From positions 1 through 64,000 of IMG/VR virus record IMGVR_UViG_3300028195_000001: a stretch of DNA of 64,000 nucleotides. One strand, written 5' to 3'. The notes under the pieces were generated by a model. That model searched no databases, was not told where the DNA came from, and saw nothing but the letters and a program-made list of their open reading frames with translations. Positions 31,808-39,480 of the stretch are shown piece after piece; within the stretch, counting starts at the first letter, position 1, and each line of letters starts with the position of its first letter. This DNA is from a virus. A program made the position numbers and the translations under genes.

Positions 31808-31993
31808 ATGACCAACTTATCAGCAATCGCAATCGCAATCACTTTCGCAATCGGAATGATTACACTTAATGTACTAGGCGTAATCGGATATATTCAGCAA
31901 GTTAACACAATTGAACAATTGTTAGCGGCTAACGGGTTAATCGCAATCACTTTCGCAACCGTTGTCATCTCCACCATTATCCGCAATCGTTAA
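31808..31993 (+). CDS. small two-TM membrane protein
   Basis: Start moved to MTNLSAIAIAITFAIGMITLNVLGVIGYI (GAGGA 5 nt upstream). A second hydrophobic run is GLIAITFATVVISTII. Confidence 0.55.
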   Translation: MTNLSAIAIAITFAIGMITLNVLGVIGYIQQVNTIEQLLAANGLIAITFATVVISTIIRNR

Positions 31994-32214
31994 TAGTTTA
32001 ACGGTAGGGTTAACCCCTACTTACTACTGGCAAGCGAAAGTTTGCCGATAGTGACTAGAGATTAATCTAGGCGCAACTTAACAATTGAATATAGAGCGAG
32101 TATACCGGGAACATAGACCATTGTATACCGCCATAGTACCCACTAAAAACCCCTAAAATCCTCTTAAGCGTGAATCGCCAGACAAGCGCTTAAATCTAAG
32201 TGATAGGTGAACAC

Positions 32215-33369
32215 ATGCTAACATTTATAGGTTGGTCAATAGCAGTATTGATTATAGGCCAACTAGCGCTAGAACTAGCCGTAATAATCACCATAGCGCT
32301 ATTGGCAAGGGATATACTAGGAATCGCCGCTAAACTATTGTTAAGTGCGATTATGGCAGTACCATACAGGGCAATAGGTGGCTCTATTGTAAAGCGTAGC
32401 AAGCGAGTTGTAACATCAATTCTAAGCAAGTCTAAACGTACAAAGGACTATCTAATGGCTAAGTATAAAGCGCAAAAATTGACTCACAACGCGGACTCAA
32501 TTCTGAAATTGTTGTATGCCTCAGAAATTGAAATTGTACGTGTACTCTATAGTGCTAGCAAGTTAGGGCATATCAGGAAAGTAAACAACGCCGTTAGTGG
32601 CGAAAAACCCAACTTCATCAGTGTAACAGGCGAAAATACAGAAGCCTGTATGTTAACATCGTCTAACATGGTAGCAAAAACCGCTATACGGGTTATCGAC
32701 TGGCTAGAGGATAACAAGTATACAAAATCGGAAGTATTATTGGCATTAGAAAAACTGCAAACGGCTTATGCAGAGACTCCGGAATCTGAACGTTATAGCC
32801 GGTTTGCTTACAGCTATAAAGCGCGAGTCGACTCAGGGCAACCGAAAGCATTAAACGTTAAGACCCTGTTAATCGAATTGCAAATTATCGCGCCTGTTAA
32901 AATATTCGAATCTGTACCGGGGAAGGTTGGCGCAAGTGTACCAGCAAGCGCGGACTCAGTAGTGTTCAAAGGTTCTAAGGCCAACTACACGGTAAACGGA
33001 CTCACCGTTACCTATGACGCATGGAACATTACAGACAAGGGGTATAAGTTTCGTACCACTGACAAGCGCGTTAAAACCACTTCAAAAGGTTATGAGTGGG
33101 TTGGTAAAACATTCTCAGCAAGTGACGGTACAGTATACCGTGTGATAGAAGTATTCTATAGTGGGTTGCATCTTCTATGTGAAATAGTCTCACATGCACC
33201 TAACACCAGTGTAGCGGGCAAGGTTATGCCTTACACGGATAAAGCGCAAGTTACAGCGGACTCACAAGACTTGGCAGCACAAGTTAAAGACTTAGCGCAA
33301 GGGTTAGCACAGACTCAATTGATGCTAGTCAATGTGCTTAAGGCTAACGGCATAGACATGCCTAGCTAG
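32215..33369 (+). CDS. hypothetical membrane-anchored protein
   Basis: Track ORF 32200 starts at GTG; ATG 32215 follows AGGTGA. The N-terminal roughly 60 aa are hydrophobic (2-3 TM). No other motif. Confidence 0.55.
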   Translation: MLTFIGWSIAVLIIGQLALELAVIITIALLARDILGIAAKLLLSAIMAVPYRAIGGSIVKRSKRVVTSILSKSKRTKDYLMAKYKAQKLTHNADSILKLLYASEIEIVRVLYSASKLGHIRKVNNAVSGEKPNFISVTGENTEACMLTSSNMVAKTAIRVIDWLEDNKYTKSEVLLALEKLQTAYAETPESERYSRFAYSYKARVDSGQPKALNVKTLLIELQIIAPVKIFESVPGKVGASVPASADSVVFKGSKANYTVNGLTVTYDAWNITDKGYKFRTTDKRVKTTSKGYEWVGKTFSASDGTVYRVIEVFYSGLHLLCEIVSHAPNTSVAGKVMPYTDKAQVTADSQDLAAQVKDLAQGLAQTQLMLVNVLKANGIDMPS

Positions 33370-33400
33370 TACACACACATAGCACGCTTCGCATAGTCAA

Positions 33401-33420
33401 TACACTGTAAGTACAGTGTA
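33401..33420. repeat. 20-bp palindrome TACACTGTA-AG-TACAGTGTA
   Basis: 9-bp perfect arms (33401-33409 / 33412-33420) with a 2-bp centre. Geometry is operator-like. Confidence 0.7.
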
Positions 33421-33431
33421 ACGTAGTATGA

Positions 33432-33470
33432 AACCTAGCAACGTTAGATAGATTGTAACGTTGCTAGGTT
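33432..33470 (+). terminator. terminator-like hairpin after 32215..33369
   Basis: 15-bp perfect stem aacctagcaacgtta / taacgttgctaggtt with a 9-nt loop, followed by the T-rich attgctttgc. Confidence 0.45.
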
Positions 33471-33545
33471 ATTGCTTTGCTATACATTATAACATCATAA
33501 TATATTAATACTATATGATATACTATTACATTGTAATAACATTGT

Positions 33546-33611
33546 AGTTAGGCTTACCTAAAAATTATGTTAGTTTGTACCAACGTTGTGAGTTAGGTTA
33601 AGCTAAAAATT
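33546..33611 (+). repeat. two 21-bp direct repeats AGTTAGG.T.A..CTAAAAATT, 45 bp apart
   Basis: 33546-33566 and 33591-33611 match at 18/21 positions. Each contains an internal TTAG(G)..(C)CTAA dyad. Confidence 0.7.
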
Positions 33612-33691
33612 CCGAAAGGTTAGTCTAAAGCTCAGTTTGACCCCCTCACCGTATTTGTAAAAAATTTAGGGAAAGTGACATTTTTGAGGCC

Positions 33692-33739
33692 TATGGTACT
33701 GATTGTCTATATATATATATATAGCAAATCAGTACCATA
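33692..33739. repeat. 45-bp palindromic element, copy 2
   Basis: tatggtactgatt (33692-33704) / aatcagtaccata (33727-33739) flank gtctatatatatatatatagca. Near-identical to 8803-8847. Confidence 0.9.
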
Positions 33740-33819
33740 AGGGGTTTTCCTGTCACTTTGCCTGTTTTCCCACTGTATGCTAGCACAAAGTCACTTCCAA
33801 AGTATCACAAATGAAGCCT

Positions 33820-33832
33820 ATGGTACTGATTT
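33820..33832 (+). repeat. isolated left arm (half-site) of the palindromic element
   Basis: atggtactgattt follows agcct, as in copy 2 (aggcct). No right arm is present. Confidence 0.7.
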
Positions 33833-33864
33833 ATATAAATTTCAAAAATAAATGACAAAAACCC

Positions 33865-33893
33865 TTGACATTCATGACATATTATGGTACACT
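33865..33893 (+). promoter_or_regulatory. sigma70-type promoter (TTGACA-N17-TGgTACACT) at the head of the rightward arm
   Basis: TTGACA 33865-33870, 17-nt spacer, TACACT 33888-33893, preceded by TGG. A GTCACTT site lies at about +20. Confidence 0.6.
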
Positions 33894-33938
33894 TTAAGGG
33901 AGTTAAAACAATGTCACTTAGGGAGTAAATAGAAACTA

Positions 33939-34157
33939 ATGTCATTACTAACTGAAAAAGAGCAGGTCGCGATTCAAGCGCTAGTTACGGCCTGGAACGC
34001 TTTTTGCGAATTAGAACAAATACACACACCCGACACCGTAGCCTTTGCCCGACAAATTGATGCCTGTCATAGCATCATTATGTCCCGCCCAGTTATGCGT
34101 GAATTGAACTTACAGGTTAAGTGTCCAAATGCAACCAACCCTAATCCGGCCCAGTGA
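33939..34157 (+). CDS. hypothetical protein
   Basis: 72-aa track ORF. Confidence 0.5.
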   Translation: MSLLTEKEQVAIQALVTAWNAFCELEQIHTPDTVAFARQIDACHSIIMSRPVMRELNLQVKCPNATNPNPAQ

Positions 34158-34461
34158 TTTCAAGAATTACGTTGACAGATGGGGTAAGAACGAGATAATC
34201 GCATGGTTTAACGAGATTTACGTCATAACAGAGGTACTACGACCTGGATTGAGGTCAGAAGGCTTATATGACCTGTTTAGCTTCACTGACAGGATAGCTA
34301 CAGTCAATAATGACTTCTCCATCACCATCGAAGCCTACGATGAAGCTAAAATGCGTCAACAATGTCTCGACATCGTAAATAAACTGGGTGGACGCTGCCT
34401 GATAATCGCCCTACAAGACTTGAAAGCTGAGTTAGATTGGCAGGAGCAAGAAAATGGATAG
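34129..34461 (+). CDS. hypothetical protein
   Basis: 110-aa track ORF overlapping the upstream gene by 29 nt. Confidence 0.5.
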   Translation: MQPTLIRPSDFKNYVDRWGKNEIIAWFNEIYVITEVLRPGLRSEGLYDLFSFTDRIATVNNDFSITIEAYDEAKMRQQCLDIVNKLGGRCLIIALQDLKAELDWQEQENG

Positions 34462-34476
34462 AACGGAGGACGAGGA

Positions 34477-34701
34477 ATGAAACTAGGCTATCAACCCTAT
34501 TGGATACTTCTCAAGAAACTGGCCACCCTCTATGTGGGTTCAGCTACTCTCATGCTGGTAGGTCAATGGACGCTGGAAACTCTACGGGATAACCCGATTG
34601 GTTGGGTCATCTTTCTGTTAGTCTTACTTGTTATGGCAGGTCGTTTAGCAAATCAGGAGATGGATTATGATAACACGCCCAAATCTACGCCGGAAGTATA
34701 A
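34477..34701 (+). CDS. small membrane protein
   Basis: 74 aa. GGAGGACGAGGA lies upstream. Hydrophobic runs are LATLYVGSATLMLVGQW and IGWVIFLLVLLVMAG. Confidence 0.55.
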   Translation: MKLGYQPYWILLKKLATLYVGSATLMLVGQWTLETLRDNPIGWVIFLLVLLVMAGRLANQEMDYDNTPKSTPEV

Positions 34702-34999
34702 CGATCTTCGCAACCGGCTTCTAGGACATACCACCCAACGTATTCTGGAAAAAGCTCATCTTGTTCTGGATACGTATGGCAAAGAACTCTCTGTCAAACG
34801 GCCTGATTGGAATGATGAGGTGAATATAATCCACATCTTCACCCAGAGCAAGCTCTCAGTCCAGCGCACTCGTTGGGGAAGTCGTTACTACCTGATAACG
34901 GTGTGGTGGAACGGGAGAAAGGTCTTCCGGGTGGAAAGCGGCAAACTGAAGGTGTATCGCTACGATTCTCTGTGGGTTAAGTACCTACTTGACATTTAA
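34667..34999 (+). CDS. hypothetical basic protein
   Basis: 110-aa track ORF. AGGAGA lies 6 nt upstream. Confidence 0.55.
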   Translation: MITRPNLRRKYNDLRNRLLGHTTQRILEKAHLVLDTYGKELSVKRPDWNDEVNIIHIFTQSKLSVQRTRWGSRYYLITVWWNGRKVFRVESGKLKVYRYDSLWVKYLLDI

Positions 35000-35017
35000 G
35001 TTACAATGTGATATAAT
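34989..35017 (+). promoter_or_regulatory. sigma70-type promoter (TTGACA-N17-TGaTATAAT)
   Basis: TTGACA 34989-34994 (overlapping the stop of the upstream gene), 17-nt spacer, consensus TATAAT 35012-35017 with TG at -15/-14. Confidence 0.7.
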
Positions 35018-35043
35018 ATGTACCTATACTAAAGGAAAGAGTC

Positions 35044-35139
35044 ATGAAACGCAATTGGGTACATATTATCGGTTACATTATCATCCTATTCATGCTATTC
35101 GTCTTTTTTATAGCTATCCTAAGTGAGTTACCTTTATGA
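35044..35139 (+). CDS. 31-aa hydrophobic miniprotein
   Basis: My own translation is MKRNWVHIIGYIIILFMLFVFFIAILSELPL. AAGGAAAGAG lies upstream, and there is an ATGA overlap with the next gene. Confidence 0.45.
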   Translation: MKRNWVHIIGYIIILFMLFVFFIAILSELPL

Positions 35140-35456
35140 AGAAACAAGCACAGATGCAGATGCAGAAACAACCGGTGAAAAAGATACGGAAAACGAAAGA
35201 TCGACTTGACTTATACTACGTAACATTACTTTGTGGTATTATGGCGGCAAAAGCAGGGTATACAGTTGATCTAGTCGGTGAGCGCTTTGGCGCAACTACC
35301 ATTATTGAAACACCAACACATGGTACATTCAAACTGCATGTACCAGCAATTGAATTCAAAGAACGTGATTTAGACATTACGCATAAAGCTATTCGAGCTT
35401 TTGCTAAAGATATTGTCGAGGAGTACGAGAAAAATGGCCAGGAACAGTCTCAATGA
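35136..35456 (+). CDS. hypothetical protein
   Basis: 106-aa track ORF. Confidence 0.55.
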   Translation: MKKQAQMQMQKQPVKKIRKTKDRLDLYYVTLLCGIMAAKAGYTVDLVGERFGATTIIETPTHGTFKLHVPAIEFKERDLDITHKAIRAFAKDIVEEYEKNGQEQSQ

Positions 35457-35856
35457 TAGTGACTATCAGAACGAAGCTACCAAGAAAGATTTGGAGCTAG
35501 TCGGTCACGCGCCAGTGTCAGTCTTTGATAAAGCTACCTGGAAATGTATTCGCTGCGGTAAGATCATGTCTAAATCATACCGGGCGGTCAAGTATGGTAA
35601 GTATGGATGCCGCTGCCAGTCAATGTACAAGCAACTTCCGGCAGAAGATTACCACACACTGGCAAAAGAACTCGGTATCGAGTGGGTGGGAGAAGAAGCC
35701 CCGGAACACCACCGCGCTTACACATCCTGGAAGGGTAAGACCGGCCTAGAAACCGTCCTCCCCTACAGCTTACTCAAGAAGGGTGAGATTAGCCATATTA
35801 CCAAGATGATATTAGGACTAGAAGATGACTATGCCCAGTCTACAGGAACTTCATAA
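35434..35856 (+). CDS. zinc-ribbon protein
   Basis: Start moved to MARNSLND (GAGGAG upstream). WKCIRCGKIMSKSYRAVKYGKYGCRCQ carries CxxC..CxC. Confidence 0.5.
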   Translation: MARNSLNDSDYQNEATKKDLELVGHAPVSVFDKATWKCIRCGKIMSKSYRAVKYGKYGCRCQSMYKQLPAEDYHTLAKELGIEWVGEEAPEHHRAYTSWKGKTGLETVLPYSLLKKGEISHITKMILGLEDDYAQSTGTS

Positions 35857-36079
35857 TCCTCTAAGCGGTATGAACGATTGGGAGAAGCTACAGCTGCTCC
35901 GATTCTGTCGTAACCAAACGGTTGACCCCCGCGCTTTGTCCCTCTTGGAAGCGAAAGGCTTAATCGGGCCGCAGAAAAAGGGCGGGTACGTAGCTACCGT
36001 AATGGGGGGTATTGCCTATAATCAGTTGATGGAAAAGAGGCGTGATGCCAAGAAAAAAGAAGGAAATAGCGATAGCTGA
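35825..36079 (+). CDS. hypothetical protein
   Basis: 84-aa track ORF. The start is uncertain. Confidence 0.45.
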   Translation: MTMPSLQELHNPLSGMNDWEKLQLLRFCRNQTVDPRALSLLEAKGLIGPQKKGGYVATVMGGIAYNQLMEKRRDAKKKEGNSDS

Positions 36080-36653
36080 TGATCTAGTAGATGGTATACA
36101 GAGGCGTGAGGTTCTAAGATTGTATCTATCTGCAACACCTTTTGAAGAGATAGTTGAAAAAACTCAATTAGCACCCAAAACTATTAAAGCAGTTCTTAAA
36201 GAAGTTGAAAGTAATCTTAACTACGATATGGCTTCCCTGGCGGAGCGTATCACTCTTCTAAACTTAGCTCGTACTCAAGAACTCGTCTCTGTTGTTATGC
36301 CGTTGGCTTTGGAGGTTGATCTCAAAGCCATGCGTATTCTGCTGGATATTATTAAGCTGCAACAGAATATTGCTGAAGGCGTTAAACCCAAAGAAGAACT
36401 TAATAGCAAAGTTAATATCCATATTGAGAAGTTTGAGCAGACCCTTACCAGCACTAACCCACTGTATGCTATTGCGCAAGAGAACATGGAACATGAATGG
36501 TTAGGTCAGGCAGAACGGAGTATTGATGAGATTTACAATACTCCCGTTTTAGAAGCTCCGGCTCAACTTGATGACGAAATATTAGATTTTGCAACTAAAA
36601 TAGAACAAGAGTATGGTGATGAACTCGAAGCTATCCCCGCCGACGACGATTGA
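36045..36653 (+). CDS. terminase small subunit candidate
   Basis: It lies immediately upstream of and overlaps TerL. The N-terminus is basic with an HTH-like LRLYLSATPFEEIVEKTQLAPKTIKAVL. The call rests on position and architecture only. Confidence 0.45.
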   Translation: MPRKKKEIAIADDLVDGIQRREVLRLYLSATPFEEIVEKTQLAPKTIKAVLKEVESNLNYDMASLAERITLLNLARTQELVSVVMPLALEVDLKAMRILLDIIKLQQNIAEGVKPKEELNSKVNIHIEKFEQTLTSTNPLYAIAQENMEHEWLGQAERSIDEIYNTPVLEAPAQLDDEILDFATKIEQEYGDELEAIPADDD

Positions 36654-38190
36654 CGAGACTCCTCCGCTGATAGATCATCGGACGGGAGAGCCTAGAAAGA
36701 AACGTTACGTAACAATGAGTACCGCTGAGAAGTGGTGGATTGAGCAATCTCGCCTCTACCCTCATCGGTTTATTCAGTATGTCACCGGCCTAGAACCTGC
36801 TGAACACCATAAGATTTGGTTGGCGAATATCTTCGACTTCAAGCCAGAGAACGAGAAGTTCCGCTTGCAGTTCGTCGCACCGAGAGAGTCGGCCAAGACA
36901 ACAATAATGGTGTACTCTCTAGTGTGGTTCATTGCCCGTTTCCCCTGGATGTCTAATGCCATCATCTCTGTATCAGCGAAACAGGCTGAAGCTCGTCAGT
37001 CAATGATACGAGATATTATCAAACACGATCAACGTTTCCAAAACGTCTTCCCCTGGATTAAGGTGGATGAAAGACAACGTAATACTGTCAATGAGTTCTC
37101 TGTTTACGCAGAGGCTCTCTTTGATTCTAAATCTGGTGTTGCCACCCCCGTTCATTATAGTAAATGGCGGGGTATTCTCCAACGCTTGGGTTCACTGAAA
37201 GACCCTACTATGTTCAGTACCGGCGCAGGTGGCAAGGGTGTAATTGGACGACGTATCTCAGGGCTAATGATGCTGGATGATATTGTAGATGAGAGCCATT
37301 TGAAAGAAAACCTCCAACGGGATATGTACGACTATATCATGCGGACGCTTACTCCCTGTTTACAAGAAAATGCTAAGTGTATTAATATCGGCACGCGCTG
37401 GATGATCGGAGATGTCCCATCTCAGTTAATGGAGAACCCGGCGTGGCACACTTTAGAAATACAAGCTATCCGAGCAGATGAGAACGGGGTAGAGAAATCT
37501 TACTGGCCTGAATACTGGCCTATGGAGAAGCTCAACGCGAAACGCATCGAAGTCGGGCCTATAATGTTTAATGTAATGTATCAAAATGACCCGCAGGCTC
37601 TTGCTTCGGCTATGTTCTCACCCGACAAGCTACAAACGAAGCTCCCTAACCCTCTGCCGGAACTTGCAGGTATCATCATCGGTTGTGATCTGGCATTGTC
37701 CATCAAACAGGACGCAGACTTCACTGTGTTCGCCGCTGTCGGCTACGATAACAGCCAGAATCTATATGTTTTGGATATGCACCGGATTAAGACTACGCCC
37801 GACAAAGTAATTGAGGAGTTAGGCTATTTCGCTAACATGGTGCATGACCAATACGGGAAGCTGAACAAGCTCCTTATCGAAAAGGTCGCTTTCCAGTCTG
37901 CTTATCGTTATGCTCTGGTAGAGAAGTTCCCCTACCTTCCGGCTGACGAACTTCGTCCCATCGGTGATAAAGGCCATCGGGCTGACATCATGGCACGTAA
38001 GGTTAATAGCGGACAAATGTTCTTTAACACAGATAACCCGGTACACAAGCAGCTTATTACAGAATGTCTTAACTTTCCGTTGTATGGACATGATGACACT
38101 ATTGACGCTATTACTCTGGTACTCCAATACTTAGGTATGTCAGCAAGCAGCGCTTCCGTCCGCAGAATTAAGTCCAATTATCTTATGTAG
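36613..38190 (+). CDS. terL: terminase large subunit
   Basis: Walker A-like VAPRESAKTT, Walker B LMMLDDIVDE, and nuclease-domain Asp motifs IIGCDLALS and GHDDTIDAITL. 525 aa. The exact start is uncertain (36613, 36619 or 36715). Confidence 0.85.
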   Translation: MVMNSKLSPPTTIDETPPLIDHRTGEPRKKRYVTMSTAEKWWIEQSRLYPHRFIQYVTGLEPAEHHKIWLANIFDFKPENEKFRLQFVAPRESAKTTIMVYSLVWFIARFPWMSNAIISVSAKQAEARQSMIRDIIKHDQRFQNVFPWIKVDERQRNTVNEFSVYAEALFDSKSGVATPVHYSKWRGILQRLGSLKDPTMFSTGAGGKGVIGRRISGLMMLDDIVDESHLKENLQRDMYDYIMRTLTPCLQENAKCINIGTRWMIGDVPSQLMENPAWHTLEIQAIRADENGVEKSYWPEYWPMEKLNAKRIEVGPIMFNVMYQNDPQALASAMFSPDKLQTKLPNPLPELAGIIIGCDLALSIKQDADFTVFAAVGYDNSQNLYVLDMHRIKTTPDKVIEELGYFANMVHDQYGKLNKLLIEKVAFQSAYRYALVEKFPYLPADELRPIGDKGHRADIMARKVNSGQMFFNTDNPVHKQLITECLNFPLYGHDDTIDAITLVLQYLGMSASSASVRRIKSNYLM

Positions 38191-38198
38191 GAGCAACG

Positions 38199-38795
38199 AT
38201 GCTTTACAAAGAGCCAAGTGCAATAAACGCAATAGAAGAAAACGTATTATCGGTTCAGTCAGAATATAACCATATTACGTACTATGTCGATGTGGACGAA
38301 AAACACGCCACTGAATTGATTGGTTCATTGCGAAATTTGGATAACTACTACCGTACTCAACAAGCAACCCTTAACGTGGAAGATACTCACCCCCCTACCC
38401 CGGTATGGCTTCACGTCTGCTCTCCTGGTGGATACCTGTTTCCTGGGTGGGCTATGGTAGACTATATTAAGCGATCAAAGACACCTGTCTATTCTATCGC
38501 AGAAGGTCGGGTAGCTAGTGCGGCTACGTTGATGACAATGGCCTGTGCCAAACGTTTCTCCCTACCCCACACTTACTTTCTTATTCATCAACTAACAGGT
38601 TCTCTGTGGGGTAAGTTCACCGACATGGAAGATGACATGGTTATTAATAAGAAACTTATGGACGATATGATTACTTTCTACGTGGCACATTCGTCTATGA
38701 AACGTAAGCAAGTGAAGGACTTACTAAGTCGTGAGTCATGGCTCAATGCTGAAGAAGCACTAGAACTGGGTATTATTGACGAAATACTAACGTAA
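38199..38795 (+). CDS. ClpP-like (S14) serine protease
   Basis: CSPGGYLFPGWAMVDYI, GRVASAATLM (nucleophile Ser region) and FLIHQL (His) follow the ClpP INSPGG / GxAAS / IHQP pattern. Confidence 0.7.
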   Translation: MLYKEPSAINAIEENVLSVQSEYNHITYYVDVDEKHATELIGSLRNLDNYYRTQQATLNVEDTHPPTPVWLHVCSPGGYLFPGWAMVDYIKRSKTPVYSIAEGRVASAATLMTMACAKRFSLPHTYFLIHQLTGSLWGKFTDMEDDMVINKKLMDDMITFYVAHSSMKRKQVKDLLSRESWLNAEEALELGIIDEILT

Positions 38796-38854
38796 TATTA
38801 CCCCCCTCCCCTACTAGGGGTATCCCCTGAATTCAGTCGTTTGACCTCTCTTGA

Positions 38855-38899
38855 CCCCCCTATACCCCTTCTCAAATAAGAGTCGGCGGAGTAGGGGGG
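38855..38899 (+). terminator. possible terminator (long-loop C6TA/TAG6 hairpin + TATTTTAT)
   Basis: ccccccta 38855-38862 pairs with tagggggg 38892-38899 (29-nt loop), then tattttat follows. The C-rich tracts allow alternative pairings. Confidence 0.3.
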
Positions 38900-38903
38900 T
38901 ATT

Positions 38904-38944
38904 TTATCCCAAATTATAACCCAAATATCCCAAAGTAACCCTTA
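38904..38944 (+). repeat. phased TA(T/A)(A)CCCAAA repeats of about 11 bp, upstream of the 38959 promoter
   Basis: ttatcccaaa / ttataacccaaa / tatcccaaag / taaccctta, at roughly helical periodicity and ending 15 bp before the -35. Confidence 0.6.
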
Positions 38945-38958
38945 GTTGTTATTAGCCC

Positions 38959-38987
38959 TTTACAAACAAGTAACTGTATGTTATAAT
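38959..38987 (+). promoter_or_regulatory. sigma70-type promoter (TTTACA-N17-TGtTATAAT)
   Basis: TTTACA 38959-38964, 17-nt spacer, TATAAT 38982-38987, preceded by TGT. Confidence 0.6.
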
Positions 38988-39015
38988 GTGGTAAGACTTA
39001 ATTTATTTAGTATAG

Positions 39016-39477
39016 ATGACAATGACTATACTTATTTCGTTTCTCCAAAAATGCAAAGCTAATTGCCCTTTTGCCATACGAAAATTTCTATGCTGGCTCA
39101 CCCAAATATCAACTATCATTGGTATTTGGACTTTTGTATTTGGGGTGACGTTATCTTTCATAGAACATGGAAAACCATTTCAGTACGGTCATATAAGTAT
39201 TCATGAACTAACACATCAGTTGCCTTTTCTTCCCTTCCATTTCTATATAAATCTTACCGTTGTAGTAGGTTCTATATTAATGGTACTACCGAGACCGGCG
39301 TGGTGGGTGATATTTATAGGTACAACCCCCTCCGCATTTTATACGATTTTATTCGTTTATTATACATTGGCGCAACGGATTGAACCTGCTCCTTTTTATG
39401 TTTATCCAGTTTTCATAGGATGGGTTATCTTACAGTGGGTACTTACAGTCCATGTTGCGGACAGGAAACTGAGATAA
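39016..39477 (+). CDS. polytopic membrane protein (holin-like by context only)
   Basis: 153 aa with about 4 hydrophobic segments (ISTIIGIWTFVFGVTLSFI, LTVVVGSILMVLP, WWVIFIGTTPSAFYTILFVYY, YVYPVFIGWVILQWVL). Confidence 0.5.
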   Translation: MTMTILISFLQKCKANCPFAIRKFLCWLTQISTIIGIWTFVFGVTLSFIEHGKPFQYGHISIHELTHQLPFLPFHFYINLTVVVGSILMVLPRPAWWVIFIGTTPSAFYTILFVYYTLAQRIEPAPFYVYPVFIGWVILQWVLTVHVADRKLR

Positions 39478-39480
39478 CCT

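Noticed and set aside
32001-32046. Terminator after the small membrane gene 31808..31993
   Set aside because: Only two weak 5-6 bp stems are present (GTAGGG/CCCTAC and GGCAA/TTGCC), with no U-tract. This is not enough support.
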